Source: an uncultured Elusimicrobia bacterium
Lineage (GTDB): Bacteria; Elusimicrobiota; Elusimicrobia; 2-01-FULL-59-12
Assembly (NCBI GenBank): GCA_963702895.1
Contig: OY969767.1
Coordinates: 832,001-896,000 of the forward strand
Reading direction: 5' to 3'
Length of the DNA stretch: 64,000 bases
This document shows positions 11,323 through 20,638 of this stretch, in pieces. The position numbers and the translations under genes are program-made. The stretch's first letter is position 1; each line of letters opens with the position of its first letter. The notes under the pieces are model-generated. The model saw only the letters and a program-made list of their open reading frames with translations, had not been told where the DNA came from and did no database searches.

Positions 11323-13083
11323 GTGGCTGGAATGAAAGACATCCTGATTCGTATCGGCGGTGAAGGCGGCGAAGGGGTCATCAGCTGCGGCGAGATGCTG
11401 ACCACGGCCCTTGCCCGCTCTTCCTATGAGGTGTACACCTTCCGTACCTACCCGGCAGAAATCAAAGGCGGTCCGGCTATGTTCCAGGTCCGCGCCAGCG
11501 ACGGTCCCGTCCTTTCACAGGGCCAGATGGCGGATCTGCTCGTGGCGTTCAATGAAGAAGCCTGGCAGCTTCACGGCAACACCCTCCGACCGGATGGCCT
11601 TCTGGTCTATGATCCGGCCCTCTCGAAACCAGAAGGCGCCTTTGAATCTTACCCTGTGCCACTGGACGACATCACGGTCAAGATCGTCAAATCCAAGCTT
11701 GGGAAAAACGTCGTGGCCCTGGGAGCATGCGCCAAAATCTTAGGGATGTCGATGGATCTGCTCCAAGAGATGGTGAAAGAGCGTTTTGCTAAAAAGGGTG
11801 AAGCGGTGCTGGGGAAGAACCTGGAAGTGCTCAGAGCGGGCTATGACTTCATTGAGAAGCACCCCTTCAAAAAGGCCCTCCCGAAGTTTGATGCGACGAA
11901 GTCGCCCATCAAGCGGATCGTGATGTCGGGCAACGAGGCGCTTTCGATTGGAGCGATTTCCGCTGGTTGCCGTTATTTCGGCGGCTACCCTATTACGCCC
12001 GCCTCGGATATCCTGGAATTCATGGATAAGGACCTTCCCAAATTTGGTGGATGCGTGGTCCAGACCGAAGACGAGATTTCAGCGCTTGCCTCCGTCATTG
12101 GGGCTTCCTATACAGGTAAAAAAGCGATGACCGCGACCTCCGGCCCGGGTCTTGCCCTTATGGTGGAGCTCTTAGGACTGTCCGCCATGTCCGAGATCCC
12201 CTGCGTGGTCGTCGATGCCCAGCGCGCGGGCCCCAGCACCGGCATGCCGACCAAGAACGAACAGGGCGATCTGAATCTGGCGGTCTATGGTGCTCATGGG
12301 GATGCGCCTCGTATTGTGCTTGCTCCGGGAGATGTCGAAGAAAGTCTCTATTACATGATCCAGGCCTTTAACCTCTCAGAAAAATACCAATGTCCCGTGG
12401 TCTATCTTACGGATCAGTCGCTGGCGCACCGTACCCAGACATTTCCATGGCCTGATTTCAAGAAGGTCCCGCTCCTCAACCGAGAGCTTCCAACGGACAA
12501 GGACCTCCGTGAAGGCTATGTTCGTTTTAAGATGACCGAAACCGGCATCTCACCCATGGCCCTGCCTGGGATGGAAGGCGGGTGCTACGCCGCGACAGGT
12601 CTTGAGCATTCTGAAAAAGGCTCCCCCAACTTTACTCCGAAGATGCACGCTCAGATGTCAGCCAAACGCGCCAAAAAGATTGAAGTGTGCTCCAGGGAAA
12701 AAGGGTTCACGGCCCGCTTCGGCGCCCCCCAGGCCAAGATCGGTATCGTGGGGTGGGGCTCGACCCAAGGGGCCCTCCGTGAAGGCGTCAACCTGGCGGC
12801 GAAGGAGGGGATCCCGGTCGCGCACCTTCAGGTGAAGATGATCTATCCATTTCCCGAGGCGGACCTCCAGGAGTTCTTAAGCTCCGTGGAGCAGGTCATC
12901 GTCGCGGAACTGAACTTTAGCGGCCAGTACAATCAACTGTTGCGCTCCCATTTCCTCGTCCCCACGATCGCCCTGACCAAGTGCGAGGGTTTACCTTTTT
13001 ATGCCGAAGAAGTTCTGGACAAAATTAAGGCTGTGGCCTCCGGATCCGTGAAGCCTCTGGCTGGAGCGGTCCTGGCGCGATAG
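11323..13083 (+). CDS. 2-oxoacid:ferredoxin oxidoreductase alpha subunit, copy 2
   Basis: GGEGGEG, YPITP, EDEISA, TATSGPG, QRAGPSTG. Confidence 0.93.
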   Translation: MAGMKDILIRIGGEGGEGVISCGEMLTTALARSSYEVYTFRTYPAEIKGGPAMFQVRASDGPVLSQGQMADLLVAFNEEAWQLHGNTLRPDGLLVYDPALSKPEGAFESYPVPLDDITVKIVKSKLGKNVVALGACAKILGMSMDLLQEMVKERFAKKGEAVLGKNLEVLRAGYDFIEKHPFKKALPKFDATKSPIKRIVMSGNEALSIGAISAGCRYFGGYPITPASDILEFMDKDLPKFGGCVVQTEDEISALASVIGASYTGKKAMTATSGPGLALMVELLGLSAMSEIPCVVVDAQRAGPSTGMPTKNEQGDLNLAVYGAHGDAPRIVLAPGDVEESLYYMIQAFNLSEKYQCPVVYLTDQSLAHRTQTFPWPDFKKVPLLNRELPTDKDLREGYVRFKMTETGISPMALPGMEGGCYAATGLEHSEKGSPNFTPKMHAQMSAKRAKKIEVCSREKGFTARFGAPQAKIGIVGWGSTQGALREGVNLAAKEGIPVAHLQVKMIYPFPEADLQEFLSSVEQVIVAELNFSGQYNQLLRSHFLVPTIALTKCEGLPFYAEEVLDKIKAVASGSVKPLAGAVLAR

Positions 13084-13091
13084 GAGAGCCG

Positions 13092-13934
13092 ATGTCCCAT
13101 ACCACAACAGACTATAAATCGGAAGTCAAAATCACCTGGTGCCCAGGGTGTGGCGATTTTGCCGTTCTGAACGCCCTCTATCAGGCACTGGTCACGATGG
13201 ATTTGGACCCGAAGAACGTCGTAGTGGTCTCCGGGATCGGCTGTTCCGGGCGGCTTCCTATCTTTGTGAATTCTTACGGTTTCCATGGTGTCCATGGCCG
13301 CGTGCTTCCCACGGCCATGGGTGTGAAGATCGGCAATCCCAAGCTCACCGTCATTGCGGTTGGCGGGGATGGCGATGGGTTGGCCATCGGCGGCGGTCAC
13401 TTCCCGCACGCCGCGCGACGCAATATCGACATCACCTACATCATGCTTGACAACAACATCTATGGCCTGACCAAGGGTCAAGCCTCCCCGACCACCCTTC
13501 AGAGCTTCCAGGGGAAGTCGAGTCCTTATGGAGTCTCAGAAGAAAACCTGAACCCGATTGCACTGGCCCTGGCCTATGACGTATCGTATGTCGCACGGGG
13601 CTATTCCGGGCAGCTCAAGCATTTGTCGGATCTCATGGTTGATGCGGTCAATCACAAAGGGTTTTCATTCGTTCATACATTGTCCCCGTGTGTGGTATTT
13701 AACGACACCTATAAGTATTATGGGAAGAAGGTTACGCCGATCGCGCCCTATGAGAATTCATCCAGCAAAATGAGAGCGTTGCAATTGTGGCAGGACAAAG
13801 AGCATATTTTTCTCGGAACGTTCTACAAGGACGAGACACGCCAAACTTTCAACGAGCGTCTTCGTGATATCATTGGACAATTCCCTCGCGATGATGAAAA
13901 ATACTTTAGGGAGCTCCTGAACCGGTACGCCTAA
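13092..13934 (+). CDS. 2-oxoacid:ferredoxin oxidoreductase beta subunit, copy 2
   Basis: WCPGCGD, SGIGCS, GGDGD, DNNIYGLTKGQ, SPCV. Confidence 0.93.
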   Translation: MSHTTTDYKSEVKITWCPGCGDFAVLNALYQALVTMDLDPKNVVVVSGIGCSGRLPIFVNSYGFHGVHGRVLPTAMGVKIGNPKLTVIAVGGDGDGLAIGGGHFPHAARRNIDITYIMLDNNIYGLTKGQASPTTLQSFQGKSSPYGVSEENLNPIALALAYDVSYVARGYSGQLKHLSDLMVDAVNHKGFSFVHTLSPCVVFNDTYKYYGKKVTPIAPYENSSSKMRALQLWQDKEHIFLGTFYKDETRQTFNERLRDIIGQFPRDDEKYFRELLNRYA

Positions 13935-14794
13935 TGATCAATCGCTTACGAACATCTCTTCCGAACGTTTTCATACTCTCCGTTCTACTCTCTATTCTCC
14001 CGCGACCTCTTCCCGCGGAATCCGACGCCGCGGTGCTGATCTTGACAGCCCATGGTGATCGGGCGTGGAAAAATAACGTGAAGCAGGCTGTGAAGGCGGC
14101 CCAACTGGCTTATCCCACGCGCATCTACTATGGGGCGGCGGACACCACGGCGGGCCGCGCTCAGCTGCAGGAGGTCCTTGAGACTTTGGAAAGCGGCGGG
14201 GCCAATACGATCTATGTGGTGCCCCTGGTCGTGTCCAGTTATTCCGAGATTGTCCGCCAGTGGAAGTATCTTCTCGGGGTCGACGTTCAACCCGGCTTCA
14301 TGAATAATCCACTGTTCCCGTTGCGTAAGCGTTCGGCGATACGATTTCTCGAGCCTCTTAATGATTCAGCCGTGGTCGTGGAAATCCTTCTCGATCGCGC
14401 GCATGAAATCAGCGCATCACCGGACAAGGAGAGCCTCATTCTCGTCTCGCGCGGCGCCCGAGACCACTCGGACAATGACCGCTGGCTGCAGATTTTACGG
14501 AGCCTTTCCGGCCGTTTGAAAGAACGCGGAGGGTATAAGACGGTGGAAGCGGTCACCCTTCGCGATGATGCCCCGCCCGAGACCCGGCAGAGAGCTGTGG
14601 AATACCTTCGTGGGCGTGTGCGTGCTGCCGAGCAGGCAGGCACCCGGGCGCTGGTCGTGACCCTCCTTCTCTCGCAGGGGGGAATTGAACACCGCATCGG
14701 ACTTGAACTGCGAGGTTTGACCTACGCTTTCAATACCAAAGCGCTCCTCCCTGATGCGCGTATCTCCGAGTGGATCCGCAGTCAAATCCCGTAA
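13934..14794 (+). CDS. Exported CbiX/SirB-like (class II chelatase fold) protein
   Basis: Signal-peptide-like N-terminus; LILTAHG; IYVVPLVVS; second domain ILVSRG. Confidence 0.6.
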   Translation: MINRLRTSLPNVFILSVLLSILPRPLPAESDAAVLILTAHGDRAWKNNVKQAVKAAQLAYPTRIYYGAADTTAGRAQLQEVLETLESGGANTIYVVPLVVSSYSEIVRQWKYLLGVDVQPGFMNNPLFPLRKRSAIRFLEPLNDSAVVVEILLDRAHEISASPDKESLILVSRGARDHSDNDRWLQILRSLSGRLKERGGYKTVEAVTLRDDAPPETRQRAVEYLRGRVRAAEQAGTRALVVTLLLSQGGIEHRIGLELRGLTYAFNTKALLPDARISEWIRSQIP

Positions 14795-14813
14795 TTGCAC
14801 AAGGACGACAAAA

Positions 14814-15374
14814 GTGAATTATTGTAAGACCGTCTGGAATGATTCGGCCGCGTTGCTCAAGGGTCTCGCCTTGACGTTCCGATACATGTTTCAGCCGAAG
14901 GTCACCCTCCAATACCCGAAACAAAAAGCTACCATGGCCGAGCGTTTTCGGGGGATGCTCACCTTCCATATCGACGAGTGCATCGCCTGTGACCTGTGTG
15001 TCCGGGCCTGTCCCTCCAATTGCATTGCCTTGGAGAGCGTGCGCAACGAGGCCGGTAAAAAAGTGATCCAGAATTACACGATTGATTTCGGCAAGTGCAA
15101 CTGGTGCCGGCTTTGCGAAGAAGCTTGCCCCACCAACCCCAAGTCGGTCCATCACACCCTGGCGTATGAAGTGATGTTTACCTCTCGAGATGATTTCAAA
15201 ATCACCTGGCTCAAGGATGCCCAGGGGAGGCCGCTCGTGCCGGTCAATGCCGCCGGCAAGCCCATGGAACCTTGGACGGACGTGCCTGAAAAGCATCTTT
15301 CAGTCGGTGTTGGAGCCCACCAAGCTCCTCCTTCCATCAAAGCGGCCGACGCTTTCATTTCGCCTGCTCACTAA
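14814..15374 (+). CDS. nuoI: Stand-alone NuoI-like 2[4Fe-4S] protein
   Basis: KGLALTFRYMF..KVTLQYP, RFRG, CIACDLCVRACP, CNWCRLCEEACP; GTG start after AAGGA. Confidence 0.85.
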   Translation: MNYCKTVWNDSAALLKGLALTFRYMFQPKVTLQYPKQKATMAERFRGMLTFHIDECIACDLCVRACPSNCIALESVRNEAGKKVIQNYTIDFGKCNWCRLCEEACPTNPKSVHHTLAYEVMFTSRDDFKITWLKDAQGRPLVPVNAAGKPMEPWTDVPEKHLSVGVGAHQAPPSIKAADAFISPAH

Positions 15375-15381
15375 TCAAGAC

Positions 15382-16323
15382 ATGAAATATCGTCCTCTTG
15401 GTTCCACGGGCCTGCAAGTCTCCGAGATCGGTTTCGGAGCCTGGGCCATTGGCGGAAATCAATATGGAAACAGCTATGGTCCTGTGGAGGATGAAGAATC
15501 CCTCCGTGCGATCGCACAGGCGGTTGACGCGGGCTGTAATTTCTTTGATACCGCAGATTGTTACGGCCACGGCCATAGCGAGGAACTGCTTGGCCAGGCC
15601 CTCCGAGGCCGTCGACGCGATGTGATTCTTGCGACCAAGGGAGGGAGCGATTTTTACCATCAACCGCCACGGCTTAATTTTTCAGAAGCCCATCTCAACT
15701 TGGCGGTGGAGCAAAGCCTCAAGCGCCTGAAGACGGACTTCCTTGATCTCTACCAGCTGCACAACCCTCCTTTTAGCCTTATTGAAGGAGGGCGGATCTT
15801 TGAACCGCTCGAAAAGCTCAAAGAGCAGGGGAAGATACGTTTCTACGGCATTTCGATTCACGACCCTCAAGAGGGGCTCCTCGCCATGAAGATCGGCAAA
15901 CCCTCGACCCTACAGGTCACGTATAACGTTTTGCGAAGAGTCGCCGCGGAAGAGTTATTCCCAAGAGCGGTGGCATCTGGTGTTGGCATCATTGCCCGGG
16001 AGCCCCTGGCCAATGGGTTTTTGACCGGCAAATACACAAAGGATTCGGTCTTTCCCGTAGGAGATATTCGCCACCAGTGGCCATCGAAGTATCAAGCGCA
16101 GATTGTTGCTCAGGCGGAATCATTCAAGAAAACACTTGACCAGAACCTGACAACTCTTGCCCAGGCTGCCATACGATTTGTGCTGTCAAAACAAGCTGTT
16201 TCTGTTGTGATCCCGGGGTGCAAAACAGTCCAGCAAGTGGAGGAAAACTTCAGGTCTGCGCAATCGGAGTTACCATCAAAAGTGCTGGAAATAGGTTTTA
16301 AGGCAAGGAAGGATTTGCCTTAG
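15382..16323 (+). CDS. Aldo/keto reductase; C-terminus replaced by IS-derived sequence
   Basis: LGSTGLQVSEIGFG, FDTADCYG, LATK, DLYQLH, VVIPG. Confidence 0.9.
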   Translation: MKYRPLGSTGLQVSEIGFGAWAIGGNQYGNSYGPVEDEESLRAIAQAVDAGCNFFDTADCYGHGHSEELLGQALRGRRRDVILATKGGSDFYHQPPRLNFSEAHLNLAVEQSLKRLKTDFLDLYQLHNPPFSLIEGGRIFEPLEKLKEQGKIRFYGISIHDPQEGLLAMKIGKPSTLQVTYNVLRRVAAEELFPRAVASGVGIIAREPLANGFLTGKYTKDSVFPVGDIRHQWPSKYQAQIVAQAESFKKTLDQNLTTLAQAAIRFVLSKQAVSVVIPGCKTVQQVEENFRSAQSELPSKVLEIGFKARKDLP

Positions 16324-17654
16324 GAAATAGAAACGGCGTACCCTTTCGTTGAAACACACAAACCTGTCCGTTCGAGCGGACAATAAACGAAAAGGAGACG
16401 CCGTTATGGAAACCATTGTAAACGAGAAAGGGACTCAGCACAAAGGCGAGAGCATGGTGGATTATCTGGCCCGTGAAGGAGCGCGCAAGATGCTGGTGGA
16501 GGCCCTGGAAGAAGAAGTGACGATGTATTTAGAGCGTCGGCGCTATGAACGGGCGAAGAATCTGGAGAAAGGCTATCGGAACGGAACGCGGGAGCGGAAG
16601 GTGACGGTGTTGGGGGCGGGGCTGAAGCTATCGGTGCCCCAGGTGGACGGAGGCGAGTTTGAGTCGAGCATCTTGCGGCCCTACCAGCGGCGGACGGAAG
16701 GGGTCGAGGAGTTATTCCGGCGGCTGTACCTGGAGGGACTCTCGAGTCGGGACTTTGAGCCGGCGTTGCGAGCACTGATCGGGGATGGAGCCACCTTATC
16801 AGCCAGCACGATCCTGCGTCTATCGGCGAAGTTTCAGTCGGACCTGGCTACGTTCAGTCGCCGGGACCTATCGGAGACGCGTTACGCCTATGTCTGGGCA
16901 GACGGCGTGTATTTAAAAGCGGGGCTGGAAAAAGAGAACACAGCGCTTCTGGTTCTGGTGGGCGTCAACGCGAAAGGCCAGAAGGAACTGATCGCGCTGA
17001 TGGAAGGCTACCGGGAGAGCCGGGATTCCTGGAAGGAAATCTGGAGAGGGGTCGCGGAGCGCGGTATGCCTGCTCCGCTGTTGGTCATCGGCGACGGGAT
17101 CGGAGGGCTCTGGGAGGCGGTGGCAGAGGTGTATCCCTCGGCGAAGGATCAACGGTGTTGGAAGCACAAGATGCGCAACGTCGTGGATAAAGTGCCGAAG
17201 GCTAAGCAGGATGAAGTCCTCAATCGCCTGCGGGTGGCCTATCAGGCGGAGCGCCGCGAAGACGCGGAGAACCAGTTGGCCTTGTTGGCTGAGGATCTTG
17301 AAATTCGCTATCCGAAGGCTGCGGCTTGTGTGCGCAAGGATCATGACACGTTGCTGAGGTACTTCGACTTTCCGAAGGAGCACTGGGTCCATTTGAAGAC
17401 GAGCAATCCGATTGAGTCGGTCTTCGCGGGAGTGCGGTTGCGGACGCGAGTCGTGCGCCGGTTCCAGAAATCCCGAACAGGCGTGGCATTCGTCTACAAG
17501 GTCATTGAGCGTTTAGCGCAGTTCTGGAAGCCGATCGCAAAGCCGGAATTGGTTGAAGTACTATTTGTGGAAAGAGAGAAGCTGGAGGTCGCGGCCTAAG
17601 AGACATTCAACGAAAGGGGCGTTGCCCTATTTCCAGTACATTTGACAAGAACTC
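16267..17654 (+). mobile_element. IS256-family insertion sequence (1388 bp)
   Basis: Imperfect terminal IRs GAGTTACCATCAAAAGTGCTGGAAATAGG versus reverse complement GAGTTCTTGTCAAATGTACTGGAAATAGG (23/29); 8-bp direct repeat CGCAATCG at 16259-16266 and 17655-17662. Confidence 0.92.
16406..17599 (+). CDS. IS256 (Mutator-type) DDE transposase
   Basis: YRNG, LYLEGLSSRDF, WADG, IGDG, QRCWKHK, TSNPIES; RBS AAGGAG. Confidence 0.93.
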   Translation: METIVNEKGTQHKGESMVDYLAREGARKMLVEALEEEVTMYLERRRYERAKNLEKGYRNGTRERKVTVLGAGLKLSVPQVDGGEFESSILRPYQRRTEGVEELFRRLYLEGLSSRDFEPALRALIGDGATLSASTILRLSAKFQSDLATFSRRDLSETRYAYVWADGVYLKAGLEKENTALLVLVGVNAKGQKELIALMEGYRESRDSWKEIWRGVAERGMPAPLLVIGDGIGGLWEAVAEVYPSAKDQRCWKHKMRNVVDKVPKAKQDEVLNRLRVAYQAERREDAENQLALLAEDLEIRYPKAAACVRKDHDTLLRYFDFPKEHWVHLKTSNPIESVFAGVRLRTRVVRRFQKSRTGVAFVYKVIERLAQFWKPIAKPELVEVLFVEREKLEVAA

Positions 17655-17759
17655 CGCAATCGCCTTCCGAGGTCTCTCCCTAGCCATAGGTCCTTTGACC
17701 TTGAAAATATGGCCTTCCCGACCATGGCTTTCTCCTTCTGGAACCCGTAGAATTTAGCG

Positions 17760-18341
17760 ATGAAATCATTCCGGTGGCCGTGGCTTATCTTGTGCTTGCT
17801 TATTTTTTCGGTAGGCGCCCTGCCTTTGCGAGGGGCGTCGGATTCGGTCCTTTCGCCGGGCTTCGCCCTGGATCCCGCCACGAAGACCTTGTCTGAAATT
17901 AGAGCCGCCGAACGCAGAAAGATACCTTTGGAAGTCTATCTCAAAGCTTCTCCAAAATATGATGTCCACGGCCCCATCGAAATCACCGTGATCCTTACGA
18001 ATCTTTTTAGCACGCCGCTCTTGTTGAACAGTCGGATGCTCGTCAACCACGAGCGCCTGCAGGGTGAGCTTTCCTTTCGGGTCACAGGCCCCGATGGACA
18101 ACGGGTCGACATCAGAAGCCTCGTGACGCCGCTCTCGATCCGTGACGAAGATTTCGTGATACTGGAACGCGGGGAATCCATTCAGCGCACCCTTGATCTG
18201 TCTGACACCTTCGGCATCAAGCGGAAGGGGATCTATCAGATCCGGGTCTGCTATCACAATGAAGTCGATTACGTGGCGGAAGGTCACCGGGCCTGGAAAG
18301 GCCGCGTGTGGTCGGAGCCTGTCGAGCTTCAAGTCCTCTAG
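17760..18341 (+). CDS. Hypothetical exported protein
   Basis: Signal-peptide-like N-terminus, beta-rich body. Confidence 0.7.
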   Translation: MKSFRWPWLILCLLIFSVGALPLRGASDSVLSPGFALDPATKTLSEIRAAERRKIPLEVYLKASPKYDVHGPIEITVILTNLFSTPLLLNSRMLVNHERLQGELSFRVTGPDGQRVDIRSLVTPLSIRDEDFVILERGESIQRTLDLSDTFGIKRKGIYQIRVCYHNEVDYVAEGHRAWKGRVWSEPVELQVL

Positions 18342-18347
18342 AGTGAC

Positions 18348-18377
18348 TTGACAGGTGGCCTCCCCAATCAGTAAAAC
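18348..18377 (+). promoter_or_regulatory. Sigma70-type promoter for the ParB-like gene
   Basis: TTGACA-N18-TAAAAC, 7 nt before ATG at 18385. Confidence 0.5.
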
Positions 18378-18384
18378 GTTGCCC

Positions 18385-19278
18385 ATGGTGGATAGCAGTC
18401 CCCTCCCCGCCTTATCTCTCGAGCAAATTCCCCTCGGCTATATCTACACCTCCCCGCACCAAATGCGACGGCACTTTGACCTGTCCGCCTTAAAAGAATT
18501 GGCCGATTCCATGAAGCAAGAAGGACTGATCCAGCCCATCACCGTCCGCAAGGTCGGGAGCGCCTATGAGCTCGTTGTGGGAGAGAGGCGCTTAAAAGCC
18601 GCCAAAATGCTCAAGTGGGAAACGATCGATGCTCGTGTCATCGATATTAGTGACGAAGACGCCGCGGTGAAGGGGTTGATTGAAAACCTCCAGAGAGTGG
18701 ATTTATCGCCCATCGAAGAGGCCCGTGGGTATAAACAACTGGTGGAGCAGCCCTATGAGCTGACCCAGGGAGCGATTGCTCAACGGGTGGGGAAGTGTCA
18801 GGCCGCGATTGCTCGATGCCTTGCGCTCTTGGAGCTCCCGCAGGAGATCCAAGATCTTATACCTCGGGGCATCATCACGGAAAGCCATACCCGTTCCCTT
18901 CGCAAGATCCCCGATCGCGCCAAACAGGTGTCGCTTGCCCGCAAAGCCCATCGGGAAGGCTGGACGACCAAGCAAACGGAGCGACAAGTGCATCAACTGC
19001 TCAAAGAAATGGGTGTCCGTGTGAAGCAGCGTGAGACCCAAGCGGCTTTTAGTCCTGAGGATCCACTGGCGAAGCTTTGGGAGCATGTCCATCAAACGGC
19101 GGACCAGACGGGCGTCCGAGTCGTCGCGGTGCGCTACCGTAAGCGTGGAAAATGGTCGCTGGAGCTTGAGACCGGAAAAGCCGGTGATCCCAAAACGGCG
19201 TTCGCGGATTTCTTTGCGCGACTCGGACAAATACTCAACGGTCCCATCCCCAACGATCTCCCTTCAACTCCGAAATAA
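18385..19278 (+). CDS. Orphan ParB/Spo0J-family protein 1
   Basis: GLIQPITVR, YELVVGERRLKA, IENLQRVDLSPIEEA, HTH LTQGAIAQRVGK; no adjacent parA. Confidence 0.88.
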   Translation: MVDSSPLPALSLEQIPLGYIYTSPHQMRRHFDLSALKELADSMKQEGLIQPITVRKVGSAYELVVGERRLKAAKMLKWETIDARVIDISDEDAAVKGLIENLQRVDLSPIEEARGYKQLVEQPYELTQGAIAQRVGKCQAAIARCLALLELPQEIQDLIPRGIITESHTRSLRKIPDRAKQVSLARKAHREGWTTKQTERQVHQLLKEMGVRVKQRETQAAFSPEDPLAKLWEHVHQTADQTGVRVVAVRYRKRGKWSLELETGKAGDPKTAFADFFARLGQILNGPIPNDLPSTPK

Positions 19279-20428
19279 CAGAACGCAGGGCCTTTTCCAA
19301 TCGTTTCGGTTGGCTTGCGAAGCTCAGCACGAGATGCCTTCCCGGCATCGCGTAGAAATAGCCAGGGTGGAGGAGGATGTGGTGCTTCTCCAGCACACGG
19401 CAGGCGAGCTCTTCCTCATCCAAACGCATGGCCCGAAGCGGGAGGGTCATAAAAAATCCGCCTTCGGCCGGGCTGGCCTGAAGGAGATGGGCCGCGAGGT
19501 CCCTCCTCTCTTTGAGCTTCTTGAAATAGGAATGCTGAAATCGTCGGCTCTCGCTCAAGAGCGACGGCAGCGCCGCCTGCGCCATCTCGTTCACGGGTAA
19601 AAAGGTATCCGAGAACATCTCGAGTGCCCTGATACTTTTTTTGACCAACGAGGGGTCACCGCTCACAAGAATCCATCCAATCTTAAGCCCTGGCAGTGCC
19701 AGCATCTTGGAGAGACCGTTGAGCGTAAAGACCAGGGGGGCCCGGGTCTTGGCGGGTCGGGGAAGTGGATGCTCGGTATAGACGAAAGGTGAAAACACTT
19801 CATCCGAGATGACCGCCAGATGATGGCGTCCCGCGAGTTCGCCCAAGGCGCGTACTTCCTCATCCGTCGCGACCGCACCGGTTGGGTTGTGGGGGGAAAT
19901 CAGGATCACGGCCCGAGTCCTCGCCGTGATGCTTGCCTCCATTTGATCAAAGTCGATGGCCCACCGGAGACCCTCACGGAGTCGATAGGGCACGAGTTTC
20001 ACCTGCGAGATCTCCGCGATCGCGTCGAAGAGCGGATAGGAGGGAGCTGGCACCAGGATCTCATCGTGAGGATTGGCCAGGACCTTCAAGACGTACCAAT
20101 AGGAGATGCTGGTTCCGGGGGTGAGGAGGAGATGATCTTCCTGCGTTGGGAGTCCCTCCCGTCGATAAAATTGGCTGATCGCTCGTCTCGCTTTGGGATG
20201 GCCCATCGGTTCGGGCTGGTAGGTTCGTGTTTGACGCGTCGCGCGCGCGAGGACTCTGCGAAGAATGGTTTCCGGGAACTGAATTTCATGAGCCGTGACA
20301 TTGCCTGATGTGAGGTCTAAGATGTTCGTCTTCTGCCTTAGAAGTCGCTCACGCAGCGCATACAAGCGGTTCTGGGGCGCATTGAACTGGTGGCTAAGGG
20401 TCGAAAGCTCGATCATGCAGGTGCTCAT
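19235..20428 (-). CDS. PLP-dependent aminotransferase class I/II
   Basis: PSYPLF, SPHNPTG, ISDEVF, NGLSKMLALPGLKIGW; start 20428 or 20416. Confidence 0.88.
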   Translation of the reverse strand: MSTCMIELSTLSHQFNAPQNRLYALRERLLRQKTNILDLTSGNVTAHEIQFPETILRRVLARATRQTRTYQPEPMGHPKARRAISQFYRREGLPTQEDHLLLTPGTSISYWYVLKVLANPHDEILVPAPSYPLFDAIAEISQVKLVPYRLREGLRWAIDFDQMEASITARTRAVILISPHNPTGAVATDEEVRALGELAGRHHLAVISDEVFSPFVYTEHPLPRPAKTRAPLVFTLNGLSKMLALPGLKIGWILVSGDPSLVKKSIRALEMFSDTFLPVNEMAQAALPSLLSESRRFQHSYFKKLKERRDLAAHLLQASPAEGGFFMTLPLRAMRLDEEELACRVLEKHHILLHPGYFYAMPGRHLVLSFASQPKRLEKALRSVISELKGDRWGWDR

Positions 20429-20638
20429 CGTACTATCTGAGGATGGCCATCTCCAATTCACAACAAGAGTCAAGGGCGGAGACAGCATGGAGCAAACTCA
20501 TCAAGAGGCAGGGACAGCCCCAAGCATGCCTCCGAAATTTGCCGTCTGCTCCTGGGGATGTCTCCATCGCAGGGCGTCTGCGCCGTGCGTCGTTTCCGGG
20601 GTGCCGCTTCCCGCTTAAATAATGTATAAAGTCGCCTG

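Noticed and set aside
20495..20535. SAM-I riboswitch or SRP RNA
   Set aside because: Lacks the GCAACC and closing GATGAG elements of SAM-I; the SRP helix 8 stem and GNRA loop do not form
20487..20618. Small Cys-containing ORF MEQTHQ...
   Set aside because: Overlaps the palindromic structure and has no recognisable family; cannot be supported
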